Positions 48,954-57,642 of a stretch of 64,000 nt of DNA are shown piece by piece. How positions within the stretch are numbered: position 1 is the first letter of the stretch; each line of letters begins with the position of its first letter. Source of the stretch: an uncultured virus (IMG/VR IMGVR_UViG_3300028048_002245) (lineage: Duplodnaviria; Heunggongvirae; Uroviricota; Caudoviricetes); the IMG/VR virus record IMGVR_UViG_3300028048_002245, one strand, 5' to 3'. Under the pieces are notes generated by a model, which worked only from the letters and a program-made list of their open reading frames with translations, made no database searches and had not been told where the DNA came from. Position numbers and translations under genes: made by a program.

Positions 48954-50192
48954 ATGACAATGCTTAGATCGATAGACATATTTGCCGGGTGTGGAGGTCT
49001 GTGTGATGGATTTGTACAGTCAGGTCGCTATCAGACCCTTGCTGCGGTTGAATGGAACGAAGCACCTGTAAATGTACTCAGAAAGCGTCTTTCTGATAAA
49101 TGGGGAATGGATGACGCTGAAAAAAGAGTTATCAGGTTTGATGTCCAGAGAACCGATGAGCTTATCCGTGGGTGGACTGGTGATGAGGAATATGGTTCAT
49201 GCGACGGTCTTGAAAAGTATATAGATGGCTCTCTTGATGTAGTGATAGGCGGTCCTCCATGTCAGGCATATTCAATAGCCGGCAGGGTGAGGGATAAAAA
49301 TGGGATGCGGCTTGATTACAGGAATTATCTGTTTGAAAGTTATATCAGAGTGATACGGCATTTTGAACCGAAAATCTTTGTTTTTGAAAATGTGCCAGGT
49401 ATATTGTCGGCGAGACCTGGAGATGGTTCATTTAAGATAATTGACAGAATACGGGATGAATTTGACAAGGCAGGTTATGCAGTGCTGAGTGATCTGTCAA
49501 AAGCCGTGGTTGATATGACTGAATATGGTGTTCCGCAGAATCGTAAAAGGATTATCATTCTTGGACTGAATAAGAAGTATTATGGAGGTTCCAAAAAGTG
49601 TGGGAAGATTCTCTATGATTTCTATACAAGGATACTGCCGTTTTACAAGTCAGATCATGTCATGACTGTAAGAGATGCCATATCAGATCTTCCGAAACTC
49701 TTTCCTCTTGAAAAAGACATCAGGATAGACGGTCATCATCTGTCACACAGCCTTCCAGAACTACCTGTAGATGGACATATACCAAGATATCACAGCCAGA
49801 GAGATATAAAGATATTTCGTATGCTTGCAGAAGACATTTTATCAGGGGAGAGAAAATATGAATCCACGGAAGCCTTGAAGGAGCTTTATACGAAAGTCAC
49901 AGGCAAAGTATCGAATGTACATAAGTATCATGTATGCGAATGGGACAAACCGAGCAATCTTATACCTGCACATCTTTATAAGGACGGACTCAGGCATATA
50001 CATCCTGATCCTGAGCAGGCCAGAACTATAACGGTAAGGGAAGCTGCACGGCTTCAGACTTTTGATGATGACTTTTGCTTTGGCAAAAGTATGACAGAGG
50101 CATACAAGATGATAGGCAATGCCGTGCCACCACTTTTTGCAAAAAAACTTGCACTTGCAGTAAGCGATATGATGGAAAAATACTCGAAATAG
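48954..50192 (+). CDS. dcm: C5-cytosine DNA methyltransferase M2
   Basis: DIFAGCGG, GGPPCQ, ENV, PQ.RKR, REAARLQ, IGNAVPP. The true start may be 48960. Confidence 0.93.
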   Translation: MTMLRSIDIFAGCGGLCDGFVQSGRYQTLAAVEWNEAPVNVLRKRLSDKWGMDDAEKRVIRFDVQRTDELIRGWTGDEEYGSCDGLEKYIDGSLDVVIGGPPCQAYSIAGRVRDKNGMRLDYRNYLFESYIRVIRHFEPKIFVFENVPGILSARPGDGSFKIIDRIRDEFDKAGYAVLSDLSKAVVDMTEYGVPQNRKRIIILGLNKKYYGGSKKCGKILYDFYTRILPFYKSDHVMTVRDAISDLPKLFPLEKDIRIDGHHLSHSLPELPVDGHIPRYHSQRDIKIFRMLAEDILSGERKYESTEALKELYTKVTGKVSNVHKYHVCEWDKPSNLIPAHLYKDGLRHIHPDPEQARTITVREAARLQTFDDDFCFGKSMTEAYKMIGNAVPPLFAKKLALAVSDMMEKYSK

Positions 50193-50315
50193 ATATGTTT
50201 CAGTTGAATATTCCAGTTAATTGAAAAAATGATGAAATCCGTCTCTTCTTTATGTATAATAGATATGGTTGTCGGCAACCATTAACTTTCGTTGTGCAGA
50301 AGTGAGGCGGATTTT

Positions 50316-51356
50316 ATGCTGTTTTACAGAAATCTTGACCAGATAGTTTATGAACGGTATAAACTATTCAAATGCGATGACATTGTTATAATCTCAGGAT
50401 ATGTAGGACCTGCTCCTATAGAGCGTATAAGCCATATTCCGATGCATACTACAGTAATCTATGGTATGTATGGCAGTGATGGTATTGGTTCTGCCCTTCA
50501 TTCATCCCTTATAGCTGAAGACAGGGCACACAGTAACGTAGACATATTGTATTCGACCGTTCCTGTTCATTCAAAGATATATATGTGGCGGTACAAAGAT
50601 GAGGTAGCCCAGGCTCTGATAGGAAGTGCTAATTTTTCTACTAATGGGCTTACCACGCCATATAAGGAGACTCTGGCAGAAACCACGGCAGATACCTTTG
50701 AGGCACTGGACAGATATTATAAACATATTCTGTCTAACTGTCTTGGATGTAGGGATGGGAAAATTGAACTTAAACGTAAGAGCGGGTTTACCAGTAGCAA
50801 GGTAGCCGAGAGAAGATATAGTCGAATAGCAGAAGAATATGATCCAAAAGTATGTCACATGCCATTATATATAATCAATAAAGAAACAGGAGAACCGGAA
50901 GTTCCTCCAAAAAGTGGTCTTAACTGGGGGATGGCATACTATTCGGGAAGCCATGTAAACAAAGATGATGCATATATACCCATAAATGCATTTCAGGTAG
51001 AGCAACATCCCGAGATGTTTCCCGTAAAGCGTACAGAACCAGTGAGGAAAGACATGATATATAGGGCAGATCACAGGGATAACGATCCTATTGATATTAT
51101 CTGGGATGACGGGACTACGATGACCGGACTTCTGGAAGGTTCAAGAGTTGTAAAGACAGATGGAATCAGAAAAGAATATCCCAAGCAGATAGCTACCACT
51201 CCGAATAAATCTGAACTGGGGAGATATATAAGGCAGAGAATGGGCATTCCCGAAGGGAAAGCCATTGCATTATCAGATCTTGACAGATATGGCAGAAGAA
51301 CTATAGACATAAGCCTTCAGGGTGAAGGCATATACTATCTGGATTTTTCAGTATAA
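50316..51356 (+). CDS. PLD-family (NgoFVII/BfiI-like) restriction endonuclease
   Basis: HSKIY..IGSANFS..G...E HKD nuclease motif; C-terminal DNA-binding domain; follows two methylases. Confidence 0.85.
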   Translation: MLFYRNLDQIVYERYKLFKCDDIVIISGYVGPAPIERISHIPMHTTVIYGMYGSDGIGSALHSSLIAEDRAHSNVDILYSTVPVHSKIYMWRYKDEVAQALIGSANFSTNGLTTPYKETLAETTADTFEALDRYYKHILSNCLGCRDGKIELKRKSGFTSSKVAERRYSRIAEEYDPKVCHMPLYIINKETGEPEVPPKSGLNWGMAYYSGSHVNKDDAYIPINAFQVEQHPEMFPVKRTEPVRKDMIYRADHRDNDPIDIIWDDGTTMTGLLEGSRVVKTDGIRKEYPKQIATTPNKSELGRYIRQRMGIPEGKAIALSDLDRYGRRTIDISLQGEGIYYLDFSV

Positions 51357-51386
51357 AGACAGACTGATTTGTTTTTTTTAGGAACA

Positions 51387-51415
51387 CAAAAAGACCGCCC
51401 TGATAAAGGACGGTC
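51387..51415 (-). terminator. Intrinsic terminator identical in stem to 13422..13442
   Basis: ACCGTCCTTTATCAGGGCGGT plus T-run on the minus strand. Confidence 0.7.
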
Positions 51416-51429
51416 GAAAAGATAGAGGG

Positions 51430-52092
51430 TTATTCAGGTATTGGCTCTGCCTCGATGTGATCGGTGATCATACCGCAGATGTCAAATACCCAACTCCACT
51501 GTTCATCAGTGGGGTCATAAGTTCCCTCCTCAGACCTGTTTTCAAGGTCATGGAGAGCATCCAGTACAGCCCTTATCTTCTTCTTTTTGCTGTTTTCTTT
51601 CTGTGCTACAGCAATAAAGCTCTGAAACTTTTTTAGTCCTTCCTGATAATCTGTGTTGTCGGCACAGTAATCAGTTAGGATTTTTATTTCCGTCATGAAA
51701 TGAATATAAAATTCATCTGACGGAATTGTTATTAGTTCCATCGTCAGCACTGTATATGCTGATGAAACCATTTTGTCAAGGGAGGTTACCCCATTTCCCT
51801 CCTTCTTGACAATGGAATGATGAGTGGCATTCCGAGGGGATATGAATGCCTCATTCCATACCCTGTCAAACTGATTGAGGATGTCATACCTCAAATTTGA
51901 CAGGGCTTTTTTATACTTCCCTCTCTTATCCTTTTCAGGAATAAGAGAGTCATTTTTACGATAACGGTCAATCATCGCAAGCAGATTTCTCTGCATATCG
52001 GTGAGACCGTCATCTTCTTTTATGTATGGTGCTGTAAAGGGAGCAAACTCCTTTACAACCCCTATATTTTTTACACGAATGCACATAGGCAC
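51430..52092 (-). CDS. Hypothetical protein
   Basis: Long ORF downstream of leader L5; start uncertain. Confidence 0.65.
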   Translation of the reverse strand: MPMCIRVKNIGVVKEFAPFTAPYIKEDDGLTDMQRNLLAMIDRYRKNDSLIPEKDKRGKYKKALSNLRYDILNQFDRVWNEAFISPRNATHHSIVKKEGNGVTSLDKMVSSAYTVLTMELITIPSDEFYIHFMTEIKILTDYCADNTDYQEGLKKFQSFIAVAQKENSKKKKIRAVLDALHDLENRSEEGTYDPTDEQWSWVFDICGMITDHIEAEPIPE

Positions 52093-52130
52093 TCCTTTCT
52101 CTCCTTGTCAGGAGAAAACTTGTTTTTTAG

Positions 52131-52300
52131 TTGTCCCCGTAAGGTGGGGAAGTGTGATACTAATGTAAGACACCCTGCCACCCGCAGGACCGTTCAGAGA
52201 ACAAAAAAACAGCCAGACAAGATATGAAATCTTATCTGACTGTTATGTGTCTTTGAACTTTTATATTTTCTATTATATATCAAAGGTCCACATTATTCAA
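52131..52300 (-). promoter_or_regulatory. Repeated leader L5 with structured motif
   Basis: TTGAAT-17-TATAAT; ACAGTCAGA..TCTGGCTG-T7; CCTGC GGGTG GCAGG..CTTCCCCACCTTACGGGGACAA. Confidence 0.7.
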
Positions 52301-52342
52301 GTGATACCTAGTCAGTAAGATTTCTGAGAGAGTAATATACTG

Positions 52343-52699
52343 TTACATCGGAATATATATCATCATAGCTGCTAACAGAATAAGCGTAACTGTAAGGCTG
52401 ATTACAGAACGAACCATTTTTTTTGCTTCCTGCTTTCTCGCCTGACGTTCCATATATCCGATAGGATCCTTTTTGAATTCATCATCTTCTTCAGACGGAA
52501 TATATCCGCCTTTTAAAATATCATTACCTCTCCCGCTTTCATCTGCAAGCCAGAACAGATATTTCCCGTCTTTATATATCTCAAGCCTGTATCTTGCTCT
52601 TCCTACATAGAAGATGTGACAGTGTATCATCTTCTCATTTTCCATGAACTTTATCTGGCTTTTTGTAAGTTCTATTGTCTGATCCATCGTTGTCTCCAT
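52343..52699 (-). CDS. Hypothetical protein with C-terminal TM helix
   Basis: ORF downstream of leader L6. Confidence 0.6.
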   Translation of the reverse strand: METTMDQTIELTKSQIKFMENEKMIHCHIFYVGRARYRLEIYKDGKYLFWLADESGRGNDILKGGYIPSEEDDEFKKDPIGYMERQARKQEAKKMVRSVISLTVTLILLAAMMIYIPM

Positions 52700-52747
52700 T
52701 CTATATCTGTCTGTTCTGATGTTGTTATGATGACAGATATCCTTATA

Positions 52748-52879
52748 ATAAAAAAATCGCCAGATAGTACTCTTTTCTAAGCATTATCTGACGACTTGTT
52801 GTTTCTGTTACTTTAACTGACTGGTGTTTTATATAACCTATCTTGTCTGTATTGTACAGGATATGAAACGAAATGTCAA
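52748..52879 (-). promoter_or_regulatory. Repeated leader L6
   Basis: TTGACA-17-TACAAT; AGTCGTCAGA..TCTGGCGA-T7 terminator. Confidence 0.65.
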
Positions 52880-53006
52880 GAAATCTATAGAATATTGTCA
52901 AAAACCATTTACAGAATCTTGAAACGTGAGATAATATGATTAGAAAATAAATGACATATAATTATCCGGTCTTGCCGGAAAGATACAGAAAGGAAGGTAA
53001 TTTATC

Positions 53007-53576
53007 ATGTGTAAAGTGTTATATGCAGATGACCAACAGAAGAAGTATAAGATCCTGCTTAAAAATGGACAGACTTATTTTTCAAGATGTTTTGTAAGAA
53101 AGAACAACAGCCGGGGAGGAGGGCTGTCCAGCGATGAGATGGAAGAGGCCCTTGCTTTTGCCAGAGAGAAAGGTATAGACAGAAAAGACATAAAGGACAT
53201 ATCAGTTGTCTTTGACAATATACAAGAGAATTATGTAAGCATCTCCCAGCATGCCCTTGACAGATTAAAAGAACGTCTGGGATGGAATAAGAAGACATCT
53301 ATCAGAATGGTTGAAAAGGTGATTGCTGAAGGAACGAAAGACCGGAATGTTAAAGGGTATCTGTCTTCATGGGTACGTTCAAAAATGGAAAGTGATGGGT
53401 TTGAAGACGGACATTTTATGATATATGGAAAAAATGCCTTCATCTTTCATGGAAACGTACTTGTAACTGCTTATAACGTACCAAAGAGTGAGACATACAG
53501 AAAACAGGATAAGAGATTCAGACGTTCGGATGACAGAAGGAGCTTCAGAAAGCAGCTTGAAGCATATGGCTATTGA
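53007..53576 (+). CDS. Hypothetical protein (C-terminal S.HA..R..ER..F......LVT.Y, RelE/BECR-like fold possible)
   Basis: RBS present; motif resemblance only. Confidence 0.6.
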   Translation: MCKVLYADDQQKKYKILLKNGQTYFSRCFVRKNNSRGGGLSSDEMEEALAFAREKGIDRKDIKDISVVFDNIQENYVSISQHALDRLKERLGWNKKTSIRMVEKVIAEGTKDRNVKGYLSSWVRSKMESDGFEDGHFMIYGKNAFIFHGNVLVTAYNVPKSETYRKQDKRFRRSDDRRSFRKQLEAYGY

Positions 53577-53655
53577 TCTCAGTAAGTTTTTAAAAACCAT
53601 TTACAAAAATGAGCGTAGTGATAAACTAAAAGCATAAAAGATATGTACTTTTGAT

Positions 53656-54237
53656 GATTAACCGCCGCACACTCGTGACTTTAGTCATGAGTCAGGCAGT
53701 CTTTACAGACGGTAAGCGACCGTACAAAAGACCAGATCGAACAGTACATTCATAACCAGCGGACATCCCGTGGTAAGGGCGGCCGCCCGCCAAAGCATAC
53801 ATCTTAGGAAAGGAGGCATCACGATGGATATCAATACACTCTACAGCGTAAAGATAGCAGGCTACAATAACATTTTCAAAGAGTCTGTACGCATTTACCG
53901 TGATACTGTAGACTCCCTTATACCTGTTTGTAGTGAGTTTAAGAGCGGTAAGGTCTACAACTGTGACCTGAACGCAAGCTATAATATCGGTTCACGTTAC
54001 TTTGTGCGTGAGATCTTAAAGTCCCTCCCGGTGACGGAAGGGCAGCGCATCCAGGCAAAAGTTCCAGGCTGTGCAAAGAGAAGCACCTGCACACTGTCTA
54101 CACTGATTAACTTAAACTCCGCTCTGTATGCGTAAGCATATGGAAGCACGGTTTTAGCTGTATCTGTAGTCAGCAAGTCTTATAAGGTATGACACTCCTT
54201 ATAGGAAGCACGCGACTTTAGTCGTGTGAGGCTTCAC
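53656..54237 (+). mobile_element. Internally deleted IS200/IS605 element related to 61743..63266
   Basis: Left hairpin CTCGTGACTTTAGTCATGAG after TTGAT; right end GGAAGCACGCGACTTTAGTCGTG.GAGGCTTCAC. Confidence 0.85.
53824..54135 (+). pseudogene. tnpB: In-frame deleted TnpB (N-terminal ~36 aa fused to C-terminal ~67 aa)
   Basis: YSVKI..YN.IF.E.V.IYRD and GK.YNCDLNASYNI..RY..KRSTCTL align with the two ends of 61832..63154. Confidence 0.85.
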
Positions 54238-54278
54238 GCGAGGAATTATATTGGTGTAAGACCAGAGGAGATGAATTT

Positions 54279-54572
54279 ATGATATCTGAGAAAATAGGAC
54301 AGATGGGACAGGTAGTGATGACAAGAGGCTTATATGCAGCCTCTTCTAAAAGCAAAGAGGTAGACAGTCAGATTAGGGAAGCGTTCAGAAGATATCTCCA
54401 GTGTGACTGGGGAGAGTTGGATGCTGAGGATAAGCTGATGAACAATCATGCAGTAGAATCCCCAGGTTCTGATCGTATACTTGCGAAATATACTACTTCT
54501 GCAGGTCCGATATATATCATAACTGAATATGACCGTTCGGCGACGACGTTGTTATTTACAGATGAATACTGA
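54279..54572 (+). CDS. Conserved plasmid/phage hypothetical protein
   Basis: R...CDWG.L..ED...N..RI...Y..IYIITE.DRS.TT.LF..EY pattern typical of mobile elements. Confidence 0.7.
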   Translation: MISEKIGQMGQVVMTRGLYAASSKSKEVDSQIREAFRRYLQCDWGELDAEDKLMNNHAVESPGSDRILAKYTTSAGPIYIITEYDRSATTLLFTDEY

Positions 54573-54693
54573 TATCGGGGCTAATAGATGATATTTAGGA
54601 GTGATGATATGTTAACGCCCCATGACCAAAGCCGCGAGTGTTGGCTCGCAAAATCATAAAACATACAGATTATAAGAAAAAGGAGAAAATACA

Positions 54694-54963
54694 ATGTACG
54701 TAACAAAAGAAGATTATAAAGCAATTTCAAAGGCACTTGAACTCGTAAAGAAAGAGACACTGACAGATAAAGAACAGGCAGTATACCTTAAGGCTGTATC
54801 TGCCATGAGCGGGCTTGATGAAAAGCGTAAAAGAGATAATGCGAGGACGTGGGAAAATATCAGACATAAGCGTGATACCAACGTCAATTATTCACGCCCC
54901 AAGAAAGAATGGGTGCAGGGAAAGAGACGTAGCAGAAGCGTGATGGAAACGGCAACAGTATAA
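54694..54963 (+). CDS. Hypothetical basic protein
   Basis: RBS AAGGAG; coupled to the next gene. Confidence 0.65.
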   Translation: MYVTKEDYKAISKALELVKKETLTDKEQAVYLKAVSAMSGLDEKRKRDNARTWENIRHKRDTNVNYSRPKKEWVQGKRRSRSVMETATV

Positions 54964-55541
54964 TGAGAGGTATGAATGCACTATCCAGAGAATTCATAGT
55001 GTATGGACAGGTGATGCTGATAATATGCTGTCTTCTGTATTGTATATGGTGGCTGATCCTGTATCACCCATACAGGAAGCCGGTGAAATCCGTACTGATA
55101 AACGGAATCCTTTTCACGGACATATCTGCTTCAGGCATACTCGGAATCCTTGTTTCATTATATGGGATTAATACTGTACAGATAATAAGACATTCGGTAA
55201 GCGAACCGGTGATAGTCATTGCAGGAGGAATACTGTATGTGATTACCCTTATCACTTCGAAGACTATATCAAAACGTATCACAACCGCAGAGTCGTTCCT
55301 GCTTAACGGATGGCTTATACTTGAACTTACTGTATGTAAATGTCTGTACGAAACAGGGGTGGCAGGGACAGGTGCTGCTGTTGCCTGTGCTACAGCTATA
55401 TGTATTGCATACGCCGTGAGCATAGCCCTGTATCAGCTGTATTTCAGGATGAAGCCTATGGCAGGATATATTGCAGGAGCAGTACCGCTTATCACAGAAA
55501 GCCTGTGTTCAATAATACTGATAATTGCGCTAAATATATAA
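54963..55541 (+). CDS. Multi-pass membrane protein
   Basis: About six hydrophobic segments. Confidence 0.7.
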   Translation: MRGMNALSREFIVYGQVMLIICCLLYCIWWLILYHPYRKPVKSVLINGILFTDISASGILGILVSLYGINTVQIIRHSVSEPVIVIAGGILYVITLITSKTISKRITTAESFLLNGWLILELTVCKCLYETGVAGTGAAVACATAICIAYAVSIALYQLYFRMKPMAGYIAGAVPLITESLCSIILIIALNI

Positions 55542-55722
55542 TCAAAGATTTTCAGGATCATCAGGCTATAATTGTCTGGTGATTTTTTTGTGTAAAACAC
55601 CAAAGTTAAGTAACTGTAAACGTGTTACAGCAAGATTAACTGTAATGACGCAAATGGTAGTAGTCTAATGTCAGTCATCCCATCACCTAAAGGTAATGGG
55701 TTCTCTGGATTGTTATTTTTAA

Positions 55723-55767
55723 GAAATCGGGCGGGAATTCTCGGGAACTTGTAGCCGAGTAGTTCAC
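55723..55767 (+). mobile_element. 45-bp collapsed scar of the 38959..40365 tnpB element
   Basis: TTTAA, then GAAATCGGGCGGGAATTCTCGGGAACTTGT (left end) joined to AGCCGAGTAGTTCAC (right end) through the shared ACTTGT. Confidence 0.9.
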
Positions 55768-55896
55768 AAACACAAAATGTTGTATAAAACTATTTACAGA
55801 ATATATGTGTGTGATATACTTTAATCATAGAAAAGAACGATATTGTAGTGATGAATATAAAACATTGCATCATATAGTTGAAAGGAGCAAAAGATT

Positions 55897-56268
55897 ATGA
55901 TATATAGATATTATCTCACATACAGACCTGTTGATATAGGAACCTGTCCGAGGGATTTTGTCAATATGCACAATTATGATGATAAAACAGATATCCCTGA
56001 ACTTGGCATTCAGGCTTGGGGTTATGCTGAATACGACAGAGAACTGACTGATTCCGAGATCAGCGGATATCAGCTGACTGATGCCAGAGGAGAAAAATCC
56101 AGATGGCCTCTGATTACGAAGGATGAGGAAGAAAGTGTACGTGAGATGGACAAGGAAGAACTTGTATTGCTCTGGAAAGAGTATAAAGATGACAAAGATG
56201 AATATGCTAACCAGCTCAGAGAGCTTATGAGAGATGCTATGAAGAAGCTCAGAAAGAAGGCTTCCTGA
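55897..56268 (+). CDS. DarA C-terminal-like (defence against restriction) domain protein
   Basis: YRYY...RP..IGT.P..WG..EY.R.L...E...Y.L motif. Confidence 0.6.
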   Translation: MIYRYYLTYRPVDIGTCPRDFVNMHNYDDKTDIPELGIQAWGYAEYDRELTDSEISGYQLTDARGEKSRWPLITKDEEESVREMDKEELVLLWKEYKDDKDEYANQLRELMRDAMKKLRKKAS

Positions 56269-56303
56269 GCTATCCGGTTCTGGATATAAAGAAAGGCAAG
56301 ACT

Positions 56304-56975
56304 ATGAAATTAAAGAAAAAGGAAGAGATTGATACAAAGACTGTAGATACTGCACGGTCTGAAAATATGGCGGTTAACGATACAAAGGCAAATATAAAAG
56401 AGCTGTTCTCTTGGATCGCTATGATAGCGGTCTGTTTTGCGTTGATATGGGGACTTTTCAATGTCATAATAATCAATGCGAGTATCCCGTCGGGGTCTAT
56501 GGAAAACACTCTGAAAGTTGGTGACAGGCTTATAGGTACAAGATTTGCATACTGGACAAAGAATCCTAAGAGAGGAGATATTGTTATGTTCAAATGGCCT
56601 GTGGATAACAAGACCATTTTTATCAAGCGTGTCATAGGCCTTCCGGGAGAGACAGTCAGGATATCTGATGGCGGGGTATATATAAATAACAGCCAGATCC
56701 CTCTCAAGGAAGATTATCTGAAAGAAGAGTGGATCGATGCAAATGACGGTATGGTATTTCATATACCTAAGGGATGTTATTTTGTGATGGGTGATAACAG
56801 AAACAATTCAGATGACGGTCGTTACTGGGCTGAAGATGCTGTTGAAGAAGGCGTGGCAGACAACGAGAAGGATGCCGAGAAGTTCCAGTATGTAGAGAAA
56901 AAGGAAATCATCGGCAAAGCCGTATTTCGTTACTGGGGAGGTTTTAAAAATCTTACGGACACCGCTCATTATTAA
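56304..56975 (+). CDS. lepB: Signal peptidase I
   Basis: IPSGSMENTL..GD, FIKRVIGLPG, GDNRNNS.DGR. Confidence 0.93.
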   Translation: MKLKKKEEIDTKTVDTARSENMAVNDTKANIKELFSWIAMIAVCFALIWGLFNVIIINASIPSGSMENTLKVGDRLIGTRFAYWTKNPKRGDIVMFKWPVDNKTIFIKRVIGLPGETVRISDGGVYINNSQIPLKEDYLKEEWIDANDGMVFHIPKGCYFVMGDNRNNSDDGRYWAEDAVEEGVADNEKDAEKFQYVEKKEIIGKAVFRYWGGFKNLTDTAHY

Positions 56976-57055
56976 AATAAAAAGGGTATTTAAGAATAAT
57001 GCGCTGAAACTATATTCCAGCCTTACTGGTATTGAGATGATAAAGGAGAAAACTT

Positions 57056-57538
57056 ATGAATGCAATGGAACAGACACACGCTATAATGATGCAGTCAAAA
57101 CAGGCTGCAAAAGACGAAACAACGCAGGAGAAGATACGATATAAAAAGTTGGTTAAGGAATACAAAGCATATCGGGCCGACGCTCCGGTCATTACAGACA
57201 AAGCATTGCAGGAAATCGCAAAACCGGTCATTGAAGAAATCGATAAGGGAATCAGAAAAGCAGCTGAAGACGGAGAGGGCAGAATTGATACCTGGTGCAT
57301 CAGATCTTGTTGTATGGATGCAATGGAGGCTGTTTATAAATACTTCAGAGATAATTCGGATGTTACAAAGAATGAAAGATACGGAAATTACCTGTATAAA
57401 GGAATGCTTATAGACGGAAAGGTTTCTCTTACTGACACAATTTGCAAGCATTATAAGGAGCAGGGCTATAAAGTGCGTGTAAAGAAAGACCGGTTATTCA
57501 AAATAAGCCCGGACTCGCTGATTATCAGCTGGAAATGA
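57056..57538 (+). CDS. Hypothetical protein
   Basis: RBS AAGGAG; no motif recognised. Confidence 0.65.
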   Translation: MNAMEQTHAIMMQSKQAAKDETTQEKIRYKKLVKEYKAYRADAPVITDKALQEIAKPVIEEIDKGIRKAAEDGEGRIDTWCIRSCCMDAMEAVYKYFRDNSDVTKNERYGNYLYKGMLIDGKVSLTDTICKHYKEQGYKVRVKKDRLFKISPDSLIISWK

Positions 57539-57642
57539 TTCGGGTGGAGCAGCAAGCCGGTATCTGAAACAGAATATACACACAGAAACAAACAGAGACA
57601 TCTGACCGGGATATATCCCGGCAGTGCTACAATAGAAGAGCT

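Noticed and set aside
54610..54650. Possible further IS-end scar or tiny ORF (GTTAACGCCCCATGACCAAAG)
   Set aside because: Too degenerate to assign; the hairpin is not preserved.
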